Shown one piece after another: positions 47,101 to 62,100 of a stretch of DNA of 64,000 nucleotides; the first letter of the stretch is position 1; each line of letters opens with the position of its first letter. The stretch is from assembly GCA_026387455.1 (NCBI GenBank), contig JAPLLR010000046.1, positions 4,921-68,920 on the forward strand. Direction: 5' to 3'. The position numbers and the translations under genes are program-made. Under the pieces are notes generated by a model. That model had not been told where the DNA came from, did not search any database, and saw nothing but the letters and a program-made list of their open reading frames with translations. The stretch comes from Candidatus Omnitrophota bacterium (GTDB taxonomy: Bacteria; Omnitrophota; Gorgyraeia; Gygaellales; Profunditerraquicolaceae).

Positions 47101-50100
47101 GTGATGTCGCCTGAGAAATCAAAGATCAAGTCCTTGTCCGAGGAAAAAGATGCCTTAAGAGAGAATGTGGCTTACCTGAAGAAGATAGCTATTGTTACCG
47201 GAGATAAGGAGCTGGAGCAGCTGGCAAGGCAAATGAGTGCTTTGCAAGAGATGCTAGACTTCTCCATTGCCGCCTTAAGAAATTCTGGTAACTATGATGA
47301 CGAGAGATTACGCGCCATGGACCAGAAGGCGCAGGAGCTGGCGATGTCAATCGCTAAGCTTAAGATCGGCAAGCTGAATTTTGCGGAGATAAAGAAGAAG
47401 CTTGGAAATATACAGTTAACAACCAGCCAGGTACCCATGCCTGATATCAACAGCCTGCTGCAGGAAATAACATTCGGCAGGTTCTTTGAATTCGGCACAG
47501 ACTTATCCGCATATTTCGGCCAGGTGAAGAAATTCTACGTAAACTATACTTCTGAGGCGGCAAAGGCAGAAAGGCAGCGCCAGCAGAATGTGCTTTCTAG
47601 GATTAACTCTTCCTTAGAGAATATATTAAGGACGGATTCAGGGGCTTACGAGGTTTATTCTAGGTTCGAGGCTGATCCCAAGGCTGTTGAGATAGAGCTC
47701 CAGGCTTATCAGGATATGGTGGCAAGCCTCAAGCAGACATACCTTAGCGGCATAAAGTATCCTGTGCGCGATAATCTGGGCAGGGTGGTTTTTGAGTTTG
47801 ATTTTGAGGCGAGGCTTGCGGCATTGAAGGTTTTGTATAAAGATGCGATCCTGGCCAGAGTAGTCAACGAGAATATGGAGAAATTGTTCCTGGGTAATGC
47901 TGAAGTCTCCACAGAATCGCTGCGCAGGCAGTTAGAGGAGTTAGCCAACAATGAATCAGAGATCGATGCTATGATCCGGGGAGAGCAAACATCTAAATAC
48001 TGGGATACGCTGGTAGAGGCATTGCTCAAGGTTAATGGAAAAGAGATGACTAAGCAAGCGCAGGAAGAGTGGTTAAGGGGCTACGTTGATTCTATCAATC
48101 TTTACCAGGATCCTAAGGTAGTATTGAAGAATATGATTGATGAGCTAAGCGCTATGATAGTCCTTAAGGAAGCTAACCGGGACACCAAGGAAGCATCGGC
48201 AAAAGATGTCAGAACAAAGCTTGAGCAGATGAGGGACCTGATCTTTGCCTTAAAGCCTGCGCTCGTGATACGCTATGAAGACAGGACTGACTTACCTATA
48301 AGTAAAGAGCTGATTGACCTGGTGATCCGTTTCTTCGCTGATGTAAGGACCCTGGCTGATTTGGAAGCAAAAGCAGGCACACCTGAATATATCAAGCTTA
48401 ATAAATTATTGCATAAACTTGAAGAGCGAGCCCCAGATGATATCGTGGCTGTTTCTGAAAATGCAACCCAGGAGTTAGAAGATGCGCGTGGATATATTGA
48501 AGAAGGTAAGAAGAATATTCCTGAGAGCAAGAAAGAGGAATTAGCCAAGCTAGAAGAGCAGAAAGCAGCGGCCCAGAAGAATATCCAGAAATTGGAGCAG
48601 AACAAGAACTGGCTGAATAGGGCTATCAAATGGCTGGGCTTTGATTCAAAAGATGTCGAAGACCTTTCCGCCGAGAGCACCAGCCTGGATAGGAAAATTC
48701 AAAAGGCGACAGCGCAGCAAAAAATTGACCATAAGGCAAGGCTCGAGGCATATGAAAGGTCTATACAGGTCTTAAATAGTATCTTCCCGCAGAAAGAAGA
48801 AGATCAGGCTAAATTAATTGCTGATCCGGATAAGGCGCTAGAAGGAATAAAGAACGTTAAAGATGTATTAGCTGAGGTCTTAAGCGGAATAGAGGCCAAA
48901 ATCAAAGAAAAGATGGATTCTGCCAGAAAAGATGGCCAGGCTAAGAATGATAACGCCTGGTTTGACAAGTACCTGGTAGAGACGCTTGAATTAAGGGCCA
49001 AGAGGGATAGGATTAAGGATTTATTATCGAGGATAGAAATACAGAAGGTGCTTATCGAAGATGCGCAAAAGCTTTATGCCAGATGGAAGGCGTTTATCAT
49101 TCGCTGCGCGCTTGAAGGCTACTCTGCTCTGGCGGAGTATGAACTGATCCATAAGATGGATGAACTTAAGCTAAGCCTTAGCCTCAGCACCTTTGATGTT
49201 TTGGATAGAGCATATTTTAAGATGCTGGCAGAGGATATGGGCATTGAAAAGAAAAACGTGGTCAATGTCATCAAGTCAAGGCTAGACAGCGATGAGAAGA
49301 AAATAGCCAACTTTATTTCTCGCCTCCAGGAGAGGCTGAATTCTGCTGGTGGATACTTTGTAGGGTCTGAGGTGTTAGCGATACTCAACAGCTTAGTTCT
49401 GGAAGAAGCTAGGATGACTCCTCAGGTAAATGATGCTCTCAGAATTGCAGAATTCTCAAGGCGCGTATCTTTGGCCAATAGCTTTGTAGAGAGCTTCCAG
49501 AAAATCCTGGCTTTCAGAATCGGCAAGATCAGCACAGAGCGCATTATTAATTTGGCGGATGAGACCGCTAAGACCCTGGTAAGAGAAAGGTTTGTCGCGG
49601 AGCTGCAGTCAAGGCACAAAGAATTGAATGCCGAACAGATAAGTCGCTTTAGCGCGATAGTTGAGAAGATTGGCCAGATGCGCGTACTCGAGGGATTAAG
49701 GGTAAACAGAGTCACGATACTTAGAGCCGCAGAGGAATTAGGCAAATTAAACGAAAGAGAGCTCTCCCGGGCATATGAGACGGTAATCGAAGGCAGGGGC
49801 ATTGGCGTAGCCACCAAAGAACTGGAAAAATCTATTGAGGGGGTAAGAGAGGATATCGCAGAAGCAAAGGCTAGAAAGGAAAAGGATAAGAAGGCTATCG
49901 AGGAACTGCAGCAGAAACTGATAAGCTTAAACAAGGCATTTTACATATTAAAAGAAACCAATTCTGAAATAGCCGCAATAATCAAAGAAGTCGCCGGCTC
50001 CTTCAATTCTGATGAAGTAGTGGATCTTGCCCTGAAGGCCTTTGGCAGGTTAGAGGCTAGGCTGGCTGCTAGAGCCGCTGCGGAAAAAGATGAGTTCGTG

Positions 50101-53100
50101 CGTAAGCAATTAGAATCCAGTCTGGAAGCTTTAAAGACAGATATCAAGGCACTGATTTATATCCTTAAGGTCGTAGCGCCTTCCATGAGAAGCAGGATTA
50201 ATGCGACAGCTTTAGGTTTGAAGAGCCGGATTCAGGAGCTCCTGCCAGTTGCTGCGGTTGAGCAGATCAATCCCGAGGCGATTAGGTTAAGAGAGGTGTT
50301 TGATCAATTGGCTCAGGATAGATCAGCAAAAGACATAACTAAGGAGCAGGTAGATGTTTTAAGCGTTATAGCAAGCATCCTCGGGGAGAGCATAAATCAA
50401 TCACTTTATGTCAAGGATGCTGAAAAGCATGATATCGCAGGGCTTAGGATTCAGTTAGGATTGTTGCAGCTTGCTGAAAACGCGGATAGTGACACCGGCT
50501 TCATTAATGGTTTGAATCCCGCGCAATACTGGACAGATTCACTAGAGAAGGGTTATCAGGAGGCAAGGGATCATGTGCGTTTAGGTGATAATCCTTTCTA
50601 TGAAGATATGTACAGAAGCGAACTTGAGGCCAGGGAAAGCAGACTTCAGACGCAGAAGGTTCATAAGCAGGTTGAGGCGTTGGTTAAGGATGTCACTGAT
50701 ACCAAGGCTAGGCTCGATCGGTTTACGGCGAATAAGGCTGCATATTCCGATGCCCAGGCTCGCATCAATAAAGAGAAGGAAAGATTAGATAATCTTTACA
50801 AAGAGCTGAATAAGGTAAGCAATGATGAGGATAAGCTTGTTGAGAGCGCGGTATACTTAAGGCATCTGGCTGAGGCGACTAAAGAGCTGTGCTTACGCAT
50901 TATCGAGTTGAGGAAGGTGGATAGAGAGCTCAATGATATCGAGGGCAGAAAAGGTGCCGCAGAAACGATGAAGAACTGGATGCTGTGGCAGGTAAAAGCT
51001 GGTCTGTCGCGGGATTGGGATATGTATCTGATCTGCATGGATCTGGGGAATAAGTTAGCTGTTAAGCTGGATGAGTTTGATAAGACTCGGGAAGCTTTAG
51101 CAGCCTTGGAGAAGGAAAGAGAAGAATTATCCAAAAAACGTGATGAGTTGAACGCAGAGCAAAAGCTTAGGGATGTTAAGGGGCTCCAGGAGCAGGAGGA
51201 TTTCATCATCAGCAGCCTGGAAAAAGAGAGAGCTGCATTCTTAGCTAAGGTTGAAGAGTTATATCAATTAGGTCTGCAGGCAGCAGATTTAAGGACACAG
51301 ATCAGCCGTGCGAACGCTTCCATTACTCGTTTTGCCTCTAAGATGCAGGCCCAGGCGAGTCCGGAAGATATTAAGCAGCAGCAGGAAGAGCTGAAATCCC
51401 TGCAGGATAAGCGTAAGCTCCTTGAGGATAAGTTAGTTGAATTGGAAAAGCAGATGGCAGCGCGTAATCAAGAGCTAAGGAATACCGTGGAGATGCTTAA
51501 GATCGCAAAGGCTATTGAGGGTTATAGCGCAGCCTTAATTAAAATGAAACAAGCCTTGGATGCCACAACTGACAAAAAAGAAAAGCGTGAAGAAGAAAAG
51601 AGGATTAATAAATTAAGCTTGAATATCCAGGCCCTGGTCAAGGCTAAAGATGATACTACTAAGACACTGTTTGAAAGGATAACTGTCTGTCAGAAGATAC
51701 AGAATAGTATTGAAGTAAATCTCAAGCAGAATGATGAAGGTGCTGAGCTTGAGAAGCAGTTACGCAAGGTAAATATAAGGCTTGAAGAATTAAGGAAGAG
51801 TATCGCTGTCAAGGAGCAGGAGGTCAGGAATGCGCTAGATAAGATAGAGTTGATCACAGGCGCTGATGCCGTAAGGACGCTGTACAGCCAGGAGAATACA
51901 TTAAGAGAAGAGCTGAATGAGCGCTTAAGCGCCTTGAAAGAATTAAAGGATAAAGATAGCGCTAAGAGAGGCCTAAGGCAGGATAAAGATGATATCTTAG
52001 GCAGGAAGACAGCCTCTAACTATAGCGATGACCTGATCGGCCAGATCCATACTTTGAAGATGACTGATCTTACTGATGAAGAGAAGGCTGTCTTGGAAGA
52101 TATCGAGGCTTGGCAGAGGGAAAATCAACAGGGGGTATTCATGGTTTCAGTCTTGGATAATTTGATTGCTTCTTCTGAGGCGCTTAAGGAAGAAGTGGAT
52201 ACCGATACCTTCAGGAATAATATCATCGAGAGATTGACCGGATGCGAAGCAGAGTGGTTGATTTACCTGAATGCCCAGGTAAAAGAACTGCTTAAGAAAG
52301 AAGCTCCGTTATTAGCATTTGGAGATAAGAAGGCATTCTATAGCTGGCTGAAGAGCGAATTCCCGAGGGTGCATGACAAGTATGACCTCAAAGACACTTC
52401 TCTTTATAAAAAGATACTTTATATAGTGGGTGAGCTTTTTGAGATAAATCATCGCGATATCGGTGATCCGATAGCCGGCAAGGAGAGTTCCGACATACAG
52501 GCCGCGGCTGAATCCAGGGTTAATGCCGAAAAAGATAAGACAAATTTAAGCGGCACATTAGCCAGCGTGAACAAGGATGCCCTGACCTTAAGCGTTTACG
52601 CATCCTTACGTACGACTAAGGATGATAGCGCAGAGAAATCCGTATTAAAGACAGGCGTAAGATTAGGGGCTAATCTCGGTAAACTTATAGAGAATGATGA
52701 GTATATAAATAATTCAGACTTGGAGAAGATATTCACCGGTATTTACCGTGCCTATGAACAGATATCCGCCAGCGCGCAGAATATCATGGTTACCTACGAA
52801 AGAGTGTATACCTTAAAACAAAAGCTTAATGATTTGGGTGGCAACGTGGATGTAGAATACTTACGTATAAAAGCTGATTTAAGGCAGGCGCAGAGGGATT
52901 TAGCCAGGGCATTGGAACTTGAAGGCCGCGTAGACATCAGCTTAGAGGCTAGCCCGGAGAAATTGCAGCAGGTAGTGTTGGATAAAGTTGAGGCTGCTAT
53001 ACACGAAGCGATCAAAACCCAGCTAGCGGATATTGAAGGCGTTGACCCGGGAATGCTGGCTAGACTGTTAGAGAGAGTTTCAGTGTATGTGACAATAGGT

Positions 53101-56100
53101 TATGAAGCTACTAGCCTTAAGGAGACCGGAGCTGAAACCCAGAAGAGCAATAAATATCCCTTAAGCTTCATGCTGCATTTGGTTATCTGGGATGGCGCAA
53201 GCGGAGTGAATAAGGAGATTAAAGAGACGCAGAAAAAGCTTTATGAGTATAAGAAGGCGATGATCCTGGATGACTTAGAGGATAGAATCAAAAATGCGGA
53301 TAGCGTCTGGGAGATGGCTAGAAATATGCGCTATAAAGAGATGGTCACCAGGAAGTCTGGTAACATTGAGCAGGCCATATTCGGCGAAAGGATGAAGAAA
53401 CAAGCAAAGGCCGAAGAGAAGAAGGCTGAGCCCGCGTTTGAATTTGAGACGGAAAATGTTTATCCGGGCATAGATGAGCCGGTTGCCGAAGTAAGCAGCC
53501 AGATTGATAGCCAGCCGCTTGATGTAAATATCCATATGCCTTTCGGCCAGATTCAGGAGACGGCTAGCTTAGTCAGGCCCGAAGACAGGGATGAGGCATT
53601 CAATAAAGCGTTATGTGAGGCCATACTTTATAACGAAATCACCTACGGCAATAAGGAATTATATATTAATGCCTATGTGTATTTGATGCGTAATGTGCAC
53701 ATCTGGCCGGAAGATTTGACTACAGAAAAAGTCCTATGCATGATGGATTCTAGGCTCAGGGTTAGGTTCGAGAAATATCTCCCGGAGATCATGGAGAATT
53801 TAAGGAAGGCGCGTAATGAGCATAGCAGTAATCTTTTGAAGTGCCTCATTGATGAAGAAGATAGCATTATGATAGAGCTGGGTAAGCATCCGCAGCCGCA
53901 ATTGCGCAAGACTTTAGAGCAGAAATTGGCCAGGGTCAGGGAAGAGAATAAGCTCGTCATCGAAAGAGAGGAAGTTTCTGCGGATAGCTTAAATGGCGCT
54001 ATAGAGGAAAGATTAAAAGAGATCTATGATGGCCAGGAAGGAGAACTTTTCATCAAGTTAAATGAAGATTACCTGGCTAGCGAGTTGGAAAAGAAAAGTA
54101 GGAATGTTTCAGCGGATAGCCTGATTGATGCTGCGCGCAGACAGGAGGCAGAATATTTATCCATGCTGATCGAGGCCAGGATTGAATCTCAACCTCGTAT
54201 CCGTCTGGTCGAGCTGTTGGACAAGAGCCAAGAGCTGCACGCCAAGACAACTGCCTTAATAGCTGCAATCAAAGAAAAGCAAAGAGTACCTTCCGCAGTG
54301 CTTCCTGAAGCGACAAAGTCAGGTTTTGAAGTGGCTACGCAAGAAGATGGAAAAGCAGAAAAGGCCCTGAATAAGCTGGTCGAGAAATTGAATGACCAGG
54401 ATTGGAGCGTCTTATTAGAAGATCAGATCTTAGGCAGCGTGCTTAAGGATATACGCGTACATGAACCCAGATTCCTAGGTTTTCTCCCATTTTGGGACAG
54501 CGATTTCAAGAACGCCGTGCAGGATGCCATTTCTAAGGTTAAGGACGCCAAGGTCAGCGAAGAAGAGATCCTGGATAAATTGGCAGAGGGAATGCGCGCG
54601 TATATCCAGAAGAAAGACGCAGACGGCACTCTTGGAGAACTTATCGTTAGAAGTGCAGACTTGAAGGGATTAAAGATAGACGGCCTTGCTGCCGAGGAAT
54701 TAAGCGAGATGATCGATGCAATCTTCTCCGGAAAATCCGATTCCATGTACGCTTCCAGCTTTGTCAGCGCCATGGAAGAGCAGTTGGAGAAGGCCAAACA
54801 TTCCAAAGATCAGGTGGTTGCTAACTTGAAAAAAGCGATCATCTCCTTCCAGCTCGACGAACTTATCAGTAAGATAAGGGAAGAGCTACCCATAGCCATA
54901 GCAACCAAGAAAGCCGCTTTGGAGGTTCTGAATTGGCTGAAAGATAAAGAAGCTAAAGGTTTGCCTGAATATCTTACGGCAAATAGAAGATATCTGGATA
55001 CTGTAGAGTATAATCAGTTCCAGGCGACATTAAACACTTTTAAGACATGGTACGTAAACAAGGAAAAATTAAGCCAGGCTTTTGACAATGCCGCTTCAGG
55101 CTCTGGTACTCCGCCGCCGCCTCCTGAGTTGGAAGGCGCAGTAAGATCATTTATCGAAGGCACCTATGATACGAAGGCTGGAGAGTTTAACGGTGGAGAG
55201 TATAGCCTTTATCTTAATTACGCCCGTACAGAGAATAAATTATCGGAATTAGAGATAAGGCGTAGTGAACTGGAAAGAGCCGGTATTGATTTATCTTTGA
55301 TCAACCTGGTTTTAGCCACTTCCAAGATGACCTTCTGGACCGCCGAAGAGAGGTCCGATTACTTCCAGAATTACAAGGCTAAGGCCAAAGAAGTAAGTGA
55401 AGACAGCATTGAATTATTGAAGACCCAGCTTTACTTAAAGGCCCTGCGCCAGGCTCTGGTTTATAAGGCAGACGAGATCAGCAGCGATGACCAGAAAGAG
55501 TATTTTCTGGGAGATAGCTTAAGCAAATATTCCAGGGATGGAGCTGGCAAGTCATTAAAAACTTTGCGTGAAAGTATAGACGGACTAAAAGATGCCGATG
55601 ATATTAAGGCCGCGATCAAGTATTATCAGGAGAAGAGCGTTTCTCTTAACAGGAAGGCGATATTGGATGCCTTAGATACCTACAGGGCATACGTACAGTT
55701 CCTGCGCGAAAACAAGCAGGATATCTCTATAAACCTGGCCACCAATTATATCGTAATGGGGGTTATGAACGCCATTTACTTGATACAGGTATTGACCAGC
55801 GATCTTGGGTCCCCCAACGCTACCAAGATCGATGCGATGCGCAAGAAGATGCTTCCTGAGTTCAAGCTCTTAGGTGCGCAGCTTTACGGCCAGTCTGCTA
55901 TGCAGATCAACGGAAAGTCCGTGAACATCGCCAGGCAGAATTATTATGTGAACCCGAGGAATGCATTCATCTTCCACGAGGTTGCGGATTACACCGGGAA
56001 CCATTACATCGAACAATTAAAACGCAATATCGTATTCCGCGAACAGACTGATAATAGCTCTACATGGATGGAGGTCAGGTATACTGACCTGGATCTATCT

Positions 56101-59100
56101 ACCAGCCAGCGGACCACTAGCTCTACCTCGACTAGCCAGCAGACCTCTCTGGACCAGGAGAATAATGATCTTCTCCAGCAGCAGGATAATCAGCAGTATG
56201 TATTAAATAGCAGCAAGCTGATTTCTATGGGTAATCTTGGGAAGCTGCGCGCGGATTACAGCGTCCTGATCAATTCCGATAGGACTGGCAGCGGCACAGG
56301 CACTGAGGATACCTCTACCTCAACTACGGCTAGCTCCTCTAGCCAGCAGGAAGCCGAGCAAAGGCGCCGCGCCAACGAGCATCGCATCGGTTTGGAATAC
56401 GAAAGAGGCACGGATGTGAAATTCAAGGCAGGAGTTAACTTCTATATTAATTACGATAATGTAGATGCCTCTAGCGATACTACTACCACTACTGGCACAA
56501 CCACAGAGGATAATGCCAGCCCATATCGCTATGTGATATATCTGGACGCGGATACTGACTCTACCAACGGCCGCATCGGAGTGGAGGTCAAAGAAGACGG
56601 TGAGCTTTCTGTCTTCTCCAGCTACCGCCATCTCTTTGACTTAAACGGTAACCGCGGAAGGCTGGAGTTGAGCTATCAGGATCAGACCATTTACGGAAAA
56701 TATAATCAGAGAGCCGGAGCCTGGGTCTTTGAAGGATTATTCCAGCAGGACGATACCGCGCTGATTATCGATGTCCGCGCCGGACGCGATATCGGCAATA
56801 GCGGCTGGAGATGGGGTGTGGGAGACAGATATCAGGCCAATGATGATAATTCAGATACACAGGATAGTTCTACTTCTACTTCTACTTCTACCACAGATAG
56901 CTCTTCCAACAATAAGAGTAATGTGCCGTATCTTATCCTCGCCAAGAAATCTGGTAGCGTAGAAGTCTTTAACTTAAAAGCGGGTTGGGATACTGAGACC
57001 AATAATCCGGATGGAAAAGTTAAGGGACAGTATATGACGACCGCCAACAATACGTTATATTTAAGCGCGGAGACTAAGGCTGAAAACACGCAGGCTGAGC
57101 TGGGCAATATCTATTGGACCGGAAACACCGGAAAGCTGACCACTGCGGTGAACTGGACGACAGATGAAGGATTGGGAGCACTATTGAAGTGGTCCGGCCG
57201 CCGCAGCTCTTTAAGCGTATCCGGGACAGAATCCGGCCTAAACGCTACCGCCGAATATTATCTTTTGGGCGAAAATAGCTCTGCCAGCTCCAGGTCACAG
57301 ATAGATAACTCCAACATCCTTAATCTGAGGACGCCGGTAGGCAATATCCGCTATGATTCCAGCTACGCTGAGATAGTGAAAGGTTTACGGGAGAACCTCA
57401 GGAAGGCTGGCACGGATACCAGCAGTGTCTCCAGCGATACCGATATTGAAAGATTGGTAAAGAAGGTAGTGGGCGATAAGGTAGAAAGTAAGAGTATCGA
57501 GTTATTTGAGCGCCTTGGCAAATACATGAAGACTGACGACCTACTTAACCTTCTGGAAGATTATAATGCTCTGCGTAAGAACAGCAGCCTGCCGGAATAT
57601 TTAGGCGTGGATAGCGAAAGCATTGATCTGATGAACCCGTTGCATTTCTGGGAATTCAATTACTGGAGAGAAAAGTACAGGCAGGACAGGCATCAGGCCA
57701 TAGAGTCTATCAACAATCTTAACCAGCTTAAAGATGAAGTCGCTGTACTTATGGGCGAGAGGGCATTTAATTCCGGTAACAGCAAGGAAGTCGGGCTGGT
57801 GCGTCATTTTGCAAGTTTAGTTAATTCAGAGATGCCGGTAGAAAATGTGGAAAGCTATTTGAACAACGCTATCCAGGTCAAGGCCTATTTGACCGCAAGC
57901 AACCGCGCCTTGCCTTATCCGATCATGCCTAAGCTGGACGTCACTGATCCGGAAGCGCTTAATTTCTTATTCCAGTGGACTAATAAATATATAGCCTGGC
58001 GCAATGATAGCATTACTGACCCGCAAGTCTCCAGGCTTATGGCTTACACCGCTGTTTTCTTGAAGGACGAACAGGTGGCCTTCAATACTCAGGCGCGCGC
58101 ACCTCCGCAGATCGCCCAGACCATCGAGCTTGCTGAGAAGCTGCTTAAGGAAGACTCTCAGATGAACGCGGCACAGTTAATCCGCTTCAGCGAACTTTAC
58201 CATACCACCTTAGACAGATTAGGCACCGAATTCAGCCCCGATTTAAAGTTCTACACTGCTTTGCAATTTAGCCCTCTATCCGCGATCGACCCGCAGCGTG
58301 TCAAAGAAGCCAAAGATGCTATTACCCAGGCTGTCTCCGAAGTTGCCTGCGCCTCAGAAGACATCTCGCTTTGTGAGGACAGGGTAGTTGCCCGCCTGAC
58401 TTATCTAGAATATCAGTATCGTGATGTAGCCGTACGCCTTGAGAAGATGATGGAGATGAGGAGTTTCTTTGAAGAGCTGGTCTCTGGGTTAGAGATCTCT
58501 GACTTAAGCCGCCAGGCCATTGATTTGTATTATTGGGTCAAGGCGGAAGAAAGGGACAGCAACGTCAGGAGAGACTTCCTTACTCTCAAGAGGATACATA
58601 CAGATGCGGTCTTTAACGGCGCGCCTTACAGCTTAAGATTGGAAGACCTGAGGAAGCGCCTTGGAGAGCAGCAGGAGATGAACAAGAATTTAAAGAATGA
58701 TTTAGTTCTTGTGGATGAGTTCTTAAAGGCGGTCAAATATTACAGGGCTTGGATGGGCACTTCTAAAGAGCCGCGCATAGAAGTTGAGCGAGCGGGCATA
58801 AACAGCTCGATATTAAAACCGCTATTCCACATAGATCTATCCAACGGATTAGACGAAATGGATAGGCCTGGATTAAAGAAGATGCTTGCATCACCTAGCA
58901 GTAATTTTGATCAGATAAAGGTCAGATCAGTAAGGGCGGATGCGCAGACCGGATTCATTGCTACTGTTAGCGACGCAGGGATATTGATCAACAGGGAGAT
59001 CCTGAATAATGATTCTGTCAAGGCAGGCGAATTCATCGAGCAGGTATTAGAAAGAGCAAATCTTGATAAAGAAGAGAGGGCGCATATAGAAGCGCTGCGC

Positions 59101-62100
59101 GGCCTTGAAAGAGGAAAGATGATCCAGCTCATCCTGGTCCATGAATTAGGCGCGCGTTTCGGATTTGCCCACGAATCCAACATCAGCCTTGAGGAGATCT
59201 ACAAAGGTTATATGGGCTGGGGCTCTGAACAGGCTAAGGCCGGCGAGGAATTGCTGAACAGATTAGACAATTTATTCCAGAAGACCCACACTATCGTAGA
59301 TTACAATTATGACGGTGATGGTACAGACCTTGCAGCCGCTGATGCTGCAGGCGACGCAGAGCCGTTGGCTCTGGATCCGTTTGCTCCCGGGACTACCGAA
59401 TACGAGTTGGTGCACGAGAGCGCGTTCCTGAGTCTTTTTGGCGTGAGCAGCTATGATGACTGGGTTGCATCTTTTGGAGAGGATTCCGCTGCCCTTGACT
59501 GGGTAGGCGGCAGGGCTCAGGAAGTAAGCAGTAATTATGGAGGCAGCGTCAGCGCTTATATTAATGATCTTACGGTCGTGCAGTCGTTATCTACGGCTTT
59601 AGGTAGCGCTTCTATGGGAGCAAAGACGATTTTCGAAGGCGCTTATCAGGTGAGCATTACTCAGCTTACTTGGCATACTACTGCATATATGACCGAATTG
59701 TTTAGTGTTGTGGGCAGTTCTGATTGGGAAGGGGTAACACAGTTCATTGATTTCTTAGAGAAAGTCGCTAACTTTGACGCAGCTCTTAAGTCAAGCTCCT
59801 ATAGCACTCAGATAGATGCCGATATCTTATACAGCGCTTTTGGCGTGCGTTTCTTAGATGGCATCAGTAAGGCAGAGCTTGGCATAATCGGAGACGAACA
59901 GTACGGTATACTTTATGACGAGCAGGGTAATGTCAGGGATGCCAGCGACGCTATTAGTTTCTATGAGTCGGTGTATCTGTTCTACGCCGCTTGGCAGTCC
60001 AGTTCTGTCTCAAGCCAGCTTAACTCTACCATATTTGTACCTGCTTTCGGTCTGGATATTTCTAACGGCATACAGGCCGCTGACCTGGTCATCTTCGGCA
60101 ACCAACATTACGGGCTGCTTTACGATGAGTCCGGCAACGCTAGAGACGCCAATCAAGCCATAGATTTCTATACCAAGGTATATCAGTTCTACGCCGCCTG
60201 GCAGTCCAGTTCTGTCTCAAGCCAGATTAATTCCACGATTTTTATCTCGGCCTTTGGCCTGGATCTTTCTAACGGCATACAGATAGCGGATTTGTTAGTG
60301 TTCGGTAACCAGCAATACGGATTACTGTATGATGAGTCCAACAACGTTAGAGACGCCAATCAAGCTATAGATTTCTATACCAAGGTGTATCAGTTCTACG
60401 CCGCCTGGCAGTCAAGCTCTGTCTCAAGCCAGATTAATTCCACGATCTTTATCCCAGCTTTCAGCCTGGATCTTTCCAATGGTATACAGATAGCGGACCT
60501 GCTGGCATTCGGTAATCAGCAGCAGGGTTTACTCTATGACGAGCAAGGTAATTCTAGAAGCGCTAGTTCCGCTATTGAATTCTATGGGGCAGTATATCAG
60601 TTCTACGCCGCCTGGCAGTCCAGCTCTATGGCTAGTCAGGTCAACGCTACTTTATTCATTCCTGCTTTCGGTCTGGATCTTTCTAACGGAATCCAGGTTT
60701 CAGATTTGCTCGCGTTCGGCAACACGCAGTATGGCTTGCTTTATGATGAACAGGGCCACGTCAGAAGCGCAGATGCGGCTTTAGATTTCTATATTTCCGT
60801 TTATCAGTTCTACGCCGCATGGCAGTCTAACTCCTTTGCCAGCCAGATAAACTCCAGCATATTCATCTCTGTCTTCGGCCTGGATCTTTCTAACGGTATC
60901 CAGGAAGCTGATTTAATCATATTCGGCAACACGAATTATGGATTGCTCTTTGATGAGCAGGGCAATTCCAGGAATCCCAACGACGCCATAGATTTCTATG
61001 AGGCGGTGTATCAGTTCTACGTCGCTTGGCAGTCTAGCACTTACGCCGTAGCCATCAATACCCTGATCTTTAACTCCGCTTTTGCTGGGCTGGATCTCTC
61101 AGATGGTATTCAGATGGCGGACCTTTCGGCATTTGGTAACAGGAATTACGGCATACTGTATGATCAGGCAGGAAATTTAAAAGACCCTAATGCCGCGATC
61201 GATTTCTACGAGGCAGTAGTAGAGTTCTACAACGCCTGGAATGCCTCTAGCCTGAAGAATGACATCAACAGCATCATCCTCGGCCCTGTCTACGGCATCA
61301 ACTTAAGCGACGGTATCAGCGAGGCAGAGCTTGCCGCCTTCGGACGCAACGACCAGACGACCGGACATTACAATCCGCTTTATGACGATCAGGGCAATCT
61401 CAGGGATCCGCAGGACACCCTGGACTTCTTCGCGGCAGTGGTCAGCTTCTACAACGCCTGGAACGCCTCTAGCCTGAAGAACGACATCAACAATATTATT
61501 TTTATTCCTGCATACGGTTTGAATCTGGCAGATGGGTTAAGCGAAAGTGAGCTGAGCATAATGGGCGATGGAACTTTAGGCATACTTTATGAAACCGCCG
61601 ACCACTTAAGGGATGTAGATAGGGCCATGGAGTTCTATGAGGCCATAATCGTCTTCTATCAGGCCTGGAACGCTTCGCCTTTAAGGAATGAGATCAATAC
61701 ATTGATCCTGATCAACGCCTATGGTATCGACTTATCTGACGGCGCTATACAGTTAAGCGAATTGAGGGCTTTGGGTATCTACGAGTCTATTCCCAACGCT
61801 CCGCTTCTATATGACGAGAACGGGCAATTAAGGGACGCCGCTGACACAATGGATTTCTTTGAGGCGGTCGTGGGCTTCTATCAGGCTTGGAATACTTCGT
61901 CTTTAAGGAATGAGATAAATTCCCTCATCTTAATATCCGTCTACGGCATAGACTTATCCGACGGCATTAATATTTCCGATATAAACGCCTTCGGCAATAA
62001 AGACCCGAATAAGCCGTATATGTTATATGACCAGGACGGCAACCTGAATAACGCATCTGACATCATCGATTTCTTTGAACTGGTGGTTGAGTTCTATCAG

